Of a stretch of DNA of 64,000 bases, positions 28,497 through 37,483 are shown piece after piece. The notes beneath the pieces are model-generated. The model saw only the letters and a list, made by a program, of their open reading frames with translations, did not search any database and was not told the DNA's origin. Source of the DNA: Gemmatimonadaceae bacterium (GTDB lineage Bacteria > Gemmatimonadota > Gemmatimonadetes > Gemmatimonadales > Gemmatimonadaceae); the NCBI GenBank assembly GCA_033763905.1, contig JANRJP010000072.1:1-64000 (forward strand). Reading direction: 5' to 3'. The first letter of the stretch is position 1. Each line of letters starts with the position of its first letter. The position numbers and the translations under genes are program-made.

Positions 28497-29284
28497 TGGA
28501 CCCGCATACGACCGACGCCGTGCGTCTGATGCAGGCGTTGGCGGGGATCGCGAGCATCGTGGTGGGTCTTGAATGGCAGGCCATCGTCCGCGCGGGCGCC
28601 GTCGAGGGCACCTGGCCTGCCCCCGTGCTGCGTCCGTGGTGGGGATGGCGCGCGGCACTGATGACCCCGCCGGTGCTGCGTTCGATCGCGGTGGTGCAGG
28701 TGACGCTTGGCACGATGCTCGTGCTTGCGGCCATGCTGCGCGATCGCGACGACCCAATGGGCGCCATCGCCGCAGCGGGCCTGCTGCTGACGCTGTGGTG
28801 GACCGCGGTGCGCGTCCGCGGCACGCTGAACGGCGGGAGCGACGGGATGCTCTTCACGCTGCTCCTGGGGCTGATGATCGCGACCTGGCCCGGCACGCCG
28901 CCACGGATCGCCCTGGGCGGCGTGCTCTTTGTGGCGGCGCAGGTGCTGCTGTCGTACCTGCGCGCGGGCATCGTGAAGCTCCGCGAGCCGGCGTGGTGGC
29001 GCGGCGAGGCCCTCGCGGCCTTCTTGGCGATTCCCGCCTACGGCGCGACCGTATGGTTTCCACGGCGCGGGCGCTGGCTCCGCGCGCTGTCCGCGCTCAC
29101 GATCGCGTTCGAACTCGCTGCGCCGGTCGCCTTGGCAGGACCGCGCGCGGCCGTGCTCTATGCGGTGATCGCCTGCGGGTTCCACGTCGCGGTCGCGTGG
29201 ACGCTCGGTCTCAACCGATTCCTGCTGGTCTGGACGGCGGCGCTCCCGTCGCTGTGGGTGGCGCAAGCCGCGGTGCATCGCTAG
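28496..29284 (+). CDS. HTTM/SdpB-like integral membrane protein
   Basis: Multiple TMs; RGTLNGGSD, YLRAGIVKL..WWRGEAL, FE, FH...LGLNRF. Confidence 0.75.
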   Translation: MDPHTTDAVRLMQALAGIASIVVGLEWQAIVRAGAVEGTWPAPVLRPWWGWRAALMTPPVLRSIAVVQVTLGTMLVLAAMLRDRDDPMGAIAAAGLLLTLWWTAVRVRGTLNGGSDGMLFTLLLGLMIATWPGTPPRIALGGVLFVAAQVLLSYLRAGIVKLREPAWWRGEALAAFLAIPAYGATVWFPRRGRWLRALSALTIAFELAAPVALAGPRAAVLYAVIACGFHVAVAWTLGLNRFLLVWTAALPSLWVAQAAVHR

Positions 29285-29294
29285 GGTCCGCCAG

Positions 29295-30155
29295 ATGATC
29301 CGCGCCCTCGCGCCTCGCATTTTGTGGATCGACTCGCTCGGTGCGCTCGCCGTGGGCCTGCCGATGCTCCTGCTGCCGCACACGTTGACGGGGTGGTACC
29401 AACTGCCGTTCCCCATCGTCGTCGCGGTGGCGTTCGCCAATGTCGCGTACGGCACCGCATCATTCACGCTGGCCCTGACGCCGCGCTGGCGTGTGCCGTC
29501 GCTGCTCCGCGCGCTGGCCGCCGCGAATATGGTGTGGGGGGTGGTCTGCGGCGCGTTGTTCGTGCGATACGGTGCGCCGGCAAGCCTGTTCGGTGCCGGC
29601 CATCTGGTATTGGAAGGCGTGTACGTGGCGTCACTTGGTGTACTCGAGTGGTGGCTCGTGCCGCTGGTCGCGGCGACGGCCCGGGATGAAGGCCCCCAGT
29701 GGTCACTGCTCGGGTGCCGGGTGCCGCCGCCAGTCGTCGCGCTCGTTGCGGCCTCGGCAATGGCTGCGCTACATCACGAGTGGCCCAGCGTCCGATGGAT
29801 GCCCCAGCGCGTGGCGGGTGCTGCCTTGGCCAGCGGTGGTATCGCGCTGGCGCTCTGGGCGATTCTCGCGTTCCGCCGCGCCGCGACCACGATCCACCCC
29901 CTGCATCCGCATCAGGCCTCGACGCTGATTGTCGTCGGCCCCAACCGTTGGACGCGAAACCCGATGTACCTCGGCTTGCTGACCGTATTGATCGGCTGGG
30001 GCCTGTGGCTTGGCACGGCGTGGTCGTTGCTGGTGGTGCCGCTGGCGTGGGGATGGCTCTGGCGATTCCAGGTGCAGCCGGAGGAACGCGCCTTGGTCGC
30101 GCGATTTGGCACCTCGTATCTCGATTACGCCCGCGCCGTGCGCCGCTGGGTCTGA
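29295..30155 (+). CDS. Membrane protein fused to an isoprenylcysteine carboxylmethyltransferase/PEMT-family domain
   Basis: C-half RVPPPVV..AFRRAATTIHP..RWTRNPMYLG..QVQPEERAL..FG.SY..Y...VRRW; separate 4-TM N-half. Confidence 0.8.
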   Translation: MIRALAPRILWIDSLGALAVGLPMLLLPHTLTGWYQLPFPIVVAVAFANVAYGTASFTLALTPRWRVPSLLRALAAANMVWGVVCGALFVRYGAPASLFGAGHLVLEGVYVASLGVLEWWLVPLVAATARDEGPQWSLLGCRVPPPVVALVAASAMAALHHEWPSVRWMPQRVAGAALASGGIALALWAILAFRRAATTIHPLHPHQASTLIVVGPNRWTRNPMYLGLLTVLIGWGLWLGTAWSLLVVPLAWGWLWRFQVQPEERALVARFGTSYLDYARAVRRWV

Positions 30156-30204
30156 GCGCCATCCACGAAAGACTCGATGTGTTGACCTCGTGTATCTTTC
30201 CGCG

Positions 30205-31365
30205 ATGCTCTTCTGGCCCCTGTCTCGCGCCGCCCGCACGGCGCACGTATTCGCTGCTCACCTGCTGATCGTCGCGGCGCTGGCTCCGTTCGGACTCGCG
30301 ACGGCACAAGACACCACGCTCGCCCCCAAGCCGTCCGCGGCAGGGACCACCGAGCGCCCGGCATCCACGAAGCCGTCGTCGCCCACTGCGACCAGCAAGA
30401 AGGCATCGACCAAGAAGACGGCAAAGAAGAAGTCCTCAGGCAAGGGGGCGAAAGGCGGTGCCGGCGCGACGTCGAGCGCGCGCGGTGGCGCGCTGGGTCG
30501 GCACGCGGGCGGAGCGCACCTGGCGTTCAAGGATGCGGGGAGCGACCTCGACTCCCTCTGGCCGCCCAAGATGCCGGCGCCGTTACCCGGCTCGATCCTG
30601 CCGGCGAAGCGAGTGATTGCCTACTACGGAAATCCGCTGTCGCGACGGATGGGCATTCTGGGCGAGTTCGATCCCCCGGAGATGCTCCGTCGACTCGACA
30701 CCGAAGTCGCCGCGTGGAATCGGCTGGATCCCGCCCATCCGGTGCAACCGGCCCTGCACTTGATCGCGGTGGTGGCGCAAGGCGCACCGGGGCGCGATGG
30801 GAAGTACCGGCTGCGGATGGATAGCACGCTGATCGAGAAGGTGTACGGCTGGGCGAAGTCCAAGAACGCGATTCTGTTCCTCGACGTGCAAGTGGGCCAG
30901 AGCACGCTGCAGCAGGAGCTGCCGGCGCTCGCACGGTTCCTCAAGCGACCGGACGTGCATCTGGGCATCGACCCCGAGTTTTCGATGAAGGATGGGTCGA
31001 AGCCCGGGAAGAAGATCGGCACCTTTGACGCCGCCGACATCAACTACGCGACGAAGTTTCTCGCAGAGTTGGTGACGCAGCAGCAGTTGCCACCGAAGAT
31101 CCTCGTCGTGCACCGCTTCACGCGGAAGGGCGTGACAAACGCGAACAAGATCGCGCTCGATCCGCGCGTGCAGTTCGTGATGCATATGGACGGGTTCGGT
31201 GCGCCTTGGCTCAAGCGCGACTCGTACTACAGCTACATCAAGCAGGAGCCGGTGCAGTTTGCCGGCTGGAAGCAGTTCACCAAGGCGAAGAACGACAATC
31301 CGGCCACGCCGCGCGAGGAGATCGTGCGGCTCTGGCCGCAGCCTGTGTACATCCAGATCCAGTAA
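30205..31365 (+). CDS. Conserved exported protein with Lys-rich linker and possible GH18-like barrel
   Basis: Signal peptide; AYYGNP, MGILGE, FLDVQVG, HLGIDPEF, MHMDGFG. Confidence 0.7.
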   Translation: MLFWPLSRAARTAHVFAAHLLIVAALAPFGLATAQDTTLAPKPSAAGTTERPASTKPSSPTATSKKASTKKTAKKKSSGKGAKGGAGATSSARGGALGRHAGGAHLAFKDAGSDLDSLWPPKMPAPLPGSILPAKRVIAYYGNPLSRRMGILGEFDPPEMLRRLDTEVAAWNRLDPAHPVQPALHLIAVVAQGAPGRDGKYRLRMDSTLIEKVYGWAKSKNAILFLDVQVGQSTLQQELPALARFLKRPDVHLGIDPEFSMKDGSKPGKKIGTFDAADINYATKFLAELVTQQQLPPKILVVHRFTRKGVTNANKIALDPRVQFVMHMDGFGAPWLKRDSYYSYIKQEPVQFAGWKQFTKAKNDNPATPREEIVRLWPQPVYIQIQ

Positions 31366-31381
31366 GGCCAGCGCCGGCGGT

Positions 31382-33457
31382 TCAGTGAGGGGCCGTCGTC
31401 CTCAGCATCAGCTCGCTGACGGCGTCGCGCAGTTGCGCGGCGCCGTACGGCTTGGCCAGAAAGCCGGCCGCGCCTTCGATGTCCGCCCCCGGCGTCTGCG
31501 AATACCCGCTCATCAGCAGCACGGTCACCGACGGGTCAATCGCTCGGAGTTCGCGGAGCGTTTCCCAACCGGACAGGACCGGCATCGTCAGGTCGAGCAG
31601 GACCAGACCAATCGACGCGGCACGCGCGGCGTAGACCTCGAGCGCCGCACGCCCATCGCTGGCGGTAAGCACCCGGTAGCCATCGCGGAGCAGCACCCGT
31701 TCCGCGACGCGCAAGGCCGAGGCGTCATCGTCCACGACGAGGATGGTGCCTCGATCGGTGCCCATCGTACCCACGCTCTCGATCGACGATGGCAAGGCGG
31801 CGGGAAAGAAGACGGACACGGTCGTGCCTTCACCGACGACCGATCGGATGCGCACCGCGCCACGATGCCCGTTCACGATGCCGAGCACGGCCGCCAAACC
31901 GAGGCCTCGCCCAGCACCCTTGGTCGAGTAGAAGGGATCGAAGAGGTGGGCCATCCCGTCGTCGGAGATCCCCTGCCCCGTGTCCGAAACATCCAGCACC
32001 ACGTACTCGCCCTCGTCGATGTCCGCGCCCACTTGTGCGGTGGCGAGGCAATCGCGCGTGGCGTGCATCCGTCGCGTTCGGATCGAGATCGTGCCCGGCG
32101 CGTCGCCCAACGCGTCGGAGGCGTTGGTGATGAGGTTCATCACGATCTGGCGCAGTTGGGTGGCATCGGCACGAATTGACGGCAGGTCTTCGCCAAGTTC
32201 GATCGCGACGTGCGCCTTCTTCGAGATGGCCGCGGCAAGCAATCGACCAATTTCCCGTACGAGCACGGACAGGTCTATCGGCTCCACCAAGAACTTGCCC
32301 TTGCCCGAGTAGGCCAGGAGCTGTCGCGTCAGTTCGGCCGCGCGCTGCGCCGCGGTCTGGAGGTCGTCGAGGAGCGGGCGCACCGAGGAGTGCTCGGGCA
32401 GCTCTTCGAGCGCCATCGAGGCATTGCCCAGCACGCCCACGAGCAGGTTGTTGAAGTCGTGGGCGATGCCACCCGCGAGCACGCCAAGCGATTCCAGTTT
32501 CTGCGCGTGCCGCACCTGCTCTTCGATGCGCGCGTGCTCGTCCTCCTGACGCCGCCGCTCGGTGATGTCGAGCAGATAGCCAAGGAAGTGCGTAGCGAAT
32601 CCATCGGCGTTGCGGACGACCTTCTTGAAGTCGGTCACGGTCCGCCAGCGTCCATCGTGGTGCCGCAGCCGGTACTCCTGTTCGAACCATTCGTCGCCGG
32701 CCGCCACTCGCTCGGCGACTTCCTGCGCGACACGAGCGACATCGGCCGGGTGCAGCAAGGATTCGTACGGGGTGACCCCGCTGGTCAACTCGTGCGCGGT
32801 GTACCCGAACACCGCGAGCACGTTGGCCGACACGAACTCCACGGGCCACTGCACCGCATTCCGCCACTTCAGAACGACGGTGGGCCCCGCGGCAAACAGC
32901 TGTCGTTCCTCGAGCAACTCCTGATCGCGCTCTCGCCAGTCGAGCGCGGCCGCGATTTCCCGCACGATCAGTTCCGCGGTCTCGACTTCGGCCGGCGTGA
33001 AGCGTCGGTCGTCGGCCGCGTAGAGCACGAACTTGCCCCAGACGTGGTCCCGGCCGACCAACGGCAGAAACAGCACGGACCGGATCAGCTCGGCCTGCAG
33101 CACCTCGAGGAGGGGCGCGAGCGTAGGCTCGGCGCCGACATCGGGGATCGCGATGGGCGTCGCATTCAGGTCGGCGGGCGTCCACGGCGAGTGCCCTTCC
33201 ACTGCGGAGCGATAGCGCTCGGACAAACCGCGCCACGCCACGAAGCGGCACACATTCTCGTGGTCGAAGATGAGCAGGGACGCACGCTCGACGTGCAACG
33301 CCACCGCGACCGCGTCCATCGCGTGAGAGTACAGGCGATCGAGCGTGGACTCTCTCGAGAGCGCCGCCAAGACGTGGCCGACGAACTCACGGCGCGTGCC
33401 GAAGCCTTCCCCTTCGGGAACAGCTGCTCGAGTGGACCCGACTGCCCCTGCGTCCAT
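31382..33457 (-). CDS. Hybrid sensor histidine kinase (GAF-PAS-HisKA-HATPase-REC)
   Basis: AGGIAHDFNNLL, MNLITNASDA, DTGQG, FDPFYSTK, GRGLGL, VVDDD..LLDLTMP..FLAKP. Confidence 0.93.
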   Translation of the reverse strand: MDAGAVGSTRAAVPEGEGFGTRREFVGHVLAALSRESTLDRLYSHAMDAVAVALHVERASLLIFDHENVCRFVAWRGLSERYRSAVEGHSPWTPADLNATPIAIPDVGAEPTLAPLLEVLQAELIRSVLFLPLVGRDHVWGKFVLYAADDRRFTPAEVETAELIVREIAAALDWRERDQELLEERQLFAAGPTVVLKWRNAVQWPVEFVSANVLAVFGYTAHELTSGVTPYESLLHPADVARVAQEVAERVAAGDEWFEQEYRLRHHDGRWRTVTDFKKVVRNADGFATHFLGYLLDITERRRQEDEHARIEEQVRHAQKLESLGVLAGGIAHDFNNLLVGVLGNASMALEELPEHSSVRPLLDDLQTAAQRAAELTRQLLAYSGKGKFLVEPIDLSVLVREIGRLLAAAISKKAHVAIELGEDLPSIRADATQLRQIVMNLITNASDALGDAPGTISIRTRRMHATRDCLATAQVGADIDEGEYVVLDVSDTGQGISDDGMAHLFDPFYSTKGAGRGLGLAAVLGIVNGHRGAVRIRSVVGEGTTVSVFFPAALPSSIESVGTMGTDRGTILVVDDDASALRVAERVLLRDGYRVLTASDGRAALEVYAARAASIGLVLLDLTMPVLSGWETLRELRAIDPSVTVLLMSGYSQTPGADIEGAAGFLAKPYGAAQLRDAVSELMLRTTAPH

Positions 33458-33580
33458 CCCCCGAACTTGCGGTTTCTCCGAGCCGATGGCAAGACTCGGC
33501 CAACGCGCGCGCGGCACCCGCGCCGAGTAAGTTCCCGCACGATCTACTCCCCTTTACCCGCTCTCGATTTGTCTGCTTCG

Positions 33581-35872
33581 ATGCTTCGGCGCTGTCTCGT
33601 CACCTGCTCGATGCTTCTCACGGCCGCGACCGCTCGCGTGGAGGCGCAAGCCCCCGCCACGCTCGACGCCGCGATCGCCGACTCGTTCGCCCGAGCCGCG
33701 AGGGCTCGGCCGCGACCGGTGGCGCGCGCCGTTGTGGTCAAGACGCCCCCGGTGATCGATGGCCGCCTCGATGATGCGGCGTGGCAGGCGATTCCGCCCA
33801 TCACCGACTTCGTGCAGCGCGAATTGAACGAAGGCTTGCCGCCCTCGGAGCGGACCGAAGTGCGGCTCGCAACCGACGGGGAGTACCTGTATGTCTCGGC
33901 GCGACTGTTCGACCGCGAGCCCGCACTGATCGTGCCCGGCGAGAAGATTCGCGATGTGCCGCTGGCCAACAGCGACCACTTCGCCTTCATCCTCGACACC
34001 TATCGCGACCGCCAGAACGGCTTCGTGTTCGGCACGACACCGGCCGGCATCGAGTACGACGGGCAGGTGATCCGGGAGGGCGAAGGTGGCGGTGCGTTCG
34101 TGCAGGGGCAGACGCGGGCGCAGGCTGGGGCGATGGGCGGATTCAACCTGAACTGGGATGCGAGCTGGACGGTCCGGACGTCCATCGATTCGCTCGGCTG
34201 GTCCGCCGAGTTCCGCATTCCGTTCGCCACGATTCGCTACGAGGGCGACGGGCCGCAGACCTGGGGCCTCAATTTCGTGCGCAGCATTCGCCGCAAGAAC
34301 GAGGAACTGTACTGGTCCTTCATTCCGCGACAGTTCAGCCTGTATCGGCTCTCGTTGGCGGGCTCCGTCGAAGGCCTGGTGGTGCCGCGTCGTCGGATTC
34401 AGACCATCACGCCCTACGTGCTCGCCTCGTCGCAGGAGCGGTGGACGCCTTCCCCCTTGCCGCTGGCGTCGAGCACGCGGCGGCCGCGAGAGGTCGGTGC
34501 CGATGCGAAGATCGGGCTGACCCCCGCGCTGACGCTCGACCTGACGTACAACACCGACTTCGCCCAGGTGGAAGTCGATGATCAACGGGTGAATCTGACG
34601 CGGTTTCCGATCTTCTTCCCCGAGAAGCGACCGTTCTTCCTGGAGAATGCCGGCGTGTTCTCGGCTGGCACGCCGCAGGCCGTGGATTTCTTCTTCACCC
34701 GCCGCATTGGTATCGACGCGAACGGCAATCCTCGCCCGATCCTCGGCGGCGGTCGACTGTCGGGGCGCGTCGGGGGTGTTACGGTCGGCGCGTTGCAAAT
34801 GGTGACCGAGGCGGCGGACACCGCGAGCGCGCGGCAGTCCTTCACCGTCGCGCGTACGATCAAGGAAGTCGGTGCCCGCTCGCGCGTCGGGGCGATGTTC
34901 GTGCAGCGGCTTGCACTCGATCGCGCGTCGGACGTGAATCGGTTGTACGCGCTCGATGGGCGCCTCGGCGTTGGCCAGGATTGGACGATCGATGCGTGGG
35001 GCGCGCGCACCGAGACGCCCGGGCGGTCCGGGCGTGATCACAGCCTCAGCACCCGCGTGGCGTACCAGACGCGCAACTGGGACGCCAACGTGCGGTTGAC
35101 GGAAGTCGGGGACGACTTCAATCCGGAGGTCGGCTTCCTGAGTCGACCGGCCGGCTACCGCGCGCTGGAGGTCACCCTGCTTCGCTGGTTTCGGCGGCCG
35201 GAGTGGGCGTGGTTCCGGCATTGGAATCCGCACATCAGCCGGCGCGAGTATCGCAGCATCTCGGACAATTTCCGTCAGACGGGCTACTGGCACATCGACG
35301 TCACGCAGATCGAGCTCGCCGACGGCACCACGTTCGGGCCGGAGTACAACATCTCGCAGGAAGGACTGCAGGTGCCGTTCGAGATCGCGCCGGGCGTGAT
35401 CCTGCCGCCTGGGCAGTATCAGTGGGGCACCTGGGGCTTCGACTACACCACGGATCCGAGCGAGAACCTCTGGGCCACCGGACGGTTCGATGTTGGCGAG
35501 TTCTGGACGGGCACGCGCCGCGGCGGAAGCGGCACGGTGACGCTGCGTCGCGGAGCGGCGTTCAGCGGATCCTTGCTGCTTGACCACACCGACGTTCGAC
35601 TGCCGCAGGGCAACTTCGCGCGTACGTTGTCGGCGCTCCGGCTCAACTACTTCTTCACGCCGCGCGTCTTCGTGCAGACGCTGACGCAGTTCAACAATCA
35701 GCAGCGCATCTGGAGCGCCAACGTCCGCTTCGGCTGGCTCAACACCGCCGGGACGGGCTTGTTCGTCGTGTTCAACGACGGGCGCGAAGCCGAAACGGCG
35801 TTCGACTGGGTCAGGCCCCAGCAGCGTACCGTCTTCCTCAAGTTCACGCGGCAGTTCGGGACGGGCGGGTGA
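33581..35872 (+). CDS. CBM9-like/DUF5916 outer-membrane protein
   Basis: PPVIDGRLDDAAW, WSAEFRIPF, DLTYNTDFAQVEVD..NLTRFPIFFPEKRPFFLEN. Confidence 0.88.
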   Translation: MLRRCLVTCSMLLTAATARVEAQAPATLDAAIADSFARAARARPRPVARAVVVKTPPVIDGRLDDAAWQAIPPITDFVQRELNEGLPPSERTEVRLATDGEYLYVSARLFDREPALIVPGEKIRDVPLANSDHFAFILDTYRDRQNGFVFGTTPAGIEYDGQVIREGEGGGAFVQGQTRAQAGAMGGFNLNWDASWTVRTSIDSLGWSAEFRIPFATIRYEGDGPQTWGLNFVRSIRRKNEELYWSFIPRQFSLYRLSLAGSVEGLVVPRRRIQTITPYVLASSQERWTPSPLPLASSTRRPREVGADAKIGLTPALTLDLTYNTDFAQVEVDDQRVNLTRFPIFFPEKRPFFLENAGVFSAGTPQAVDFFFTRRIGIDANGNPRPILGGGRLSGRVGGVTVGALQMVTEAADTASARQSFTVARTIKEVGARSRVGAMFVQRLALDRASDVNRLYALDGRLGVGQDWTIDAWGARTETPGRSGRDHSLSTRVAYQTRNWDANVRLTEVGDDFNPEVGFLSRPAGYRALEVTLLRWFRRPEWAWFRHWNPHISRREYRSISDNFRQTGYWHIDVTQIELADGTTFGPEYNISQEGLQVPFEIAPGVILPPGQYQWGTWGFDYTTDPSENLWATGRFDVGEFWTGTRRGGSGTVTLRRGAAFSGSLLLDHTDVRLPQGNFARTLSALRLNYFFTPRVFVQTLTQFNNQQRIWSANVRFGWLNTAGTGLFVVFNDGREAETAFDWVRPQQRTVFLKFTRQFGTGG

Positions 35873-36675
35873 GCCGTCTGCACCGGCTGTTGCGCAAGCC
35901 GTTCTTCGGCCGGTTCGAGGTGCCGTGGGTGTGGCCTGCTGATGTGAACGTAGACGACTGGGAGTCCGTCCAGTTCCGCAACTCCGCTGGCGCGCGGCTC
36001 GCGGGGTTGTGGGGCGTTGCGCGCGGGGCGGTCCGCGGGACCTTGGTGCTCGCGCATCCGATGGGCAAAGCCGCGAAGGGGTTCTGGCTGCGCTACGGCC
36101 ACGCGGAGGTGTTTCGCGACGCCGGCTACCACGTCTTGGCATTCGATGCCAATGGCTTCGGCGAGAGTGAGGCCGTGTCGTTCGACTATCCCGACGACAT
36201 CTGGTGGGCGGGGCGCTGGGCTGCGGATCGCGCGGGGAGCGGCACGGTTGGGCTCATTGGCGCGTCGTTCGGGGCGGGCTGGGGATTGTGCGCGATGGCA
36301 CGCGAGGGCTCGCCCTTCTCGGCGGCCGTCCTCGAAGGCGTCTTCCCCACGTTGCCCGACTTCTGGCGTCACTATCCGGTGGCCTACGCAGCGCTTCGAC
36401 TCTCGCAGGTTGTGTGGCCATCGCTCGAGCGCGGCCTGCGTCCCGAACTCGACGCCACGCGCTTGCGCGGTCAGCCGCGAGTGTTGCTGCTGTACGGGGA
36501 CGCGGACCGATTCACGCCGCCGTCGCACGGTGAACGACTGGCCCGCGCGTTGGCGCCATCGTCCGACGTGTCGATGCAGGTCTTCGCGGGCGTCGGCCAC
36601 ACCTACGCCCTGCGCGACGCGCGAACTCAGTACCTGCAGGCGGTGTTGCCGTTTCTGGCGAACGCCGATCGCTGA
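35869..36675 (+). CDS. Alpha/beta hydrolase
   Basis: FDANGFGES, GASFG nucleophile elbow, GDAD, GVGH. Confidence 0.85.
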   Translation: MSRLHRLLRKPFFGRFEVPWVWPADVNVDDWESVQFRNSAGARLAGLWGVARGAVRGTLVLAHPMGKAAKGFWLRYGHAEVFRDAGYHVLAFDANGFGESEAVSFDYPDDIWWAGRWAADRAGSGTVGLIGASFGAGWGLCAMAREGSPFSAAVLEGVFPTLPDFWRHYPVAYAALRLSQVVWPSLERGLRPELDATRLRGQPRVLLLYGDADRFTPPSHGERLARALAPSSDVSMQVFAGVGHTYALRDARTQYLQAVLPFLANADR

Positions 36676-36685
36676 CCGGCGGCCG

Positions 36686-37345
36686 TCAGCCGCCGAACAG
36701 CCGACGCGCGCCTTCCGTGAGCAGTGCGGTGGTGAGCAGGGCGGTCATTAGCCCGACCCCGGTGTATAGTCTCCCCAGCGCGCGGTACTTGAGCACGTTG
36801 ATGCGTGAGACCATATGGAGCTGGTCGGCGAGCTCGGTCGTCACGTTGTCGAGCCGCAGCCCGTCCCACATCGCGCGGTTGTCGTCGCGAGTGCGCGACG
36901 CGATGTCCGAGTGAAACAGCACGCGCATCGACACCCCGGGCTCGATCGCGGTGGGGAGGGCGTGGAGGGCACCGCGCTCGCCCCGCGGCCGCAGCGCCTG
37001 AATGGCCTGGCCGATGTACCACAGGGTCGCCGCACCGTAGGCGAGTGATTCGACCCGGAGCGCGATGGCGAGCGGATGCGACGATGACCAATCCTGCACG
37101 CCGCGTAGCGCGAAGACGACCGCGGCCGCGTTCACCGCACTCATAATCACGAGGGCGAATCGCGCCTTCTTGTCGGCGAGGTCGAGGAAGTCCGTTTCCA
37201 TCTTGAGCGTCGACTGGAGGACGCGATAGCGCATCTCCGGTGCCATCTGGCCCGCTTCTTCCTCGACGCGCGCCGCGCGCTTCGCCGCCCGGCGACTGGC
37301 GGGCGGTTCGGCCAACACGGGACTGGGGCGCAACGAGGGGGCCAT
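36686..37345 (-). CDS. Pycsar-effector-like (DUF5706) transmembrane protein
   Basis: LDLADKKARFALV, two TMs, ALRPR, LFHSDIA, LADQLHMVSRINVLKYRAL, C-terminal TM; start ATG 37345. Confidence 0.75.
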   Translation of the reverse strand: MAPSLRPSPVLAEPPASRRAAKRAARVEEEAGQMAPEMRYRVLQSTLKMETDFLDLADKKARFALVIMSAVNAAAVVFALRGVQDWSSSHPLAIALRVESLAYGAATLWYIGQAIQALRPRGERGALHALPTAIEPGVSMRVLFHSDIASRTRDDNRAMWDGLRLDNVTTELADQLHMVSRINVLKYRALGRLYTGVGLMTALLTTALLTEGARRLFGG

Positions 37346-37483
37346 TGGGGACGGACGGAGTGTGGGACGGACCGTATGGAGTATCGGCAGGATGGAAACC
37401 CGGTACACTGTGCGCCGTAGGTGGGGGACCGTCCTCCGCCGCGATGGCGCGGGGGCGTCAGGCCTCTGACTGTCGGAGTGACG

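Noticed and set aside
32210..33580. Long N-terminal extensions of track ORFs (1220 aa at 32210, 980 aa at 25138, 632 aa at 8594-10492, 913 aa at 2408)
   Set aside because: Extensions overlap well-supported genes and reflect stop-codon scarcity in GC-rich DNA; real starts with signal peptides lie downstream
33554..36142. 862-aa antisense ORF and similar long Arg/Pro-rich shadow ORFs across the window
   Set aside because: No motifs; expected from high-GC codon bias on the coding strand
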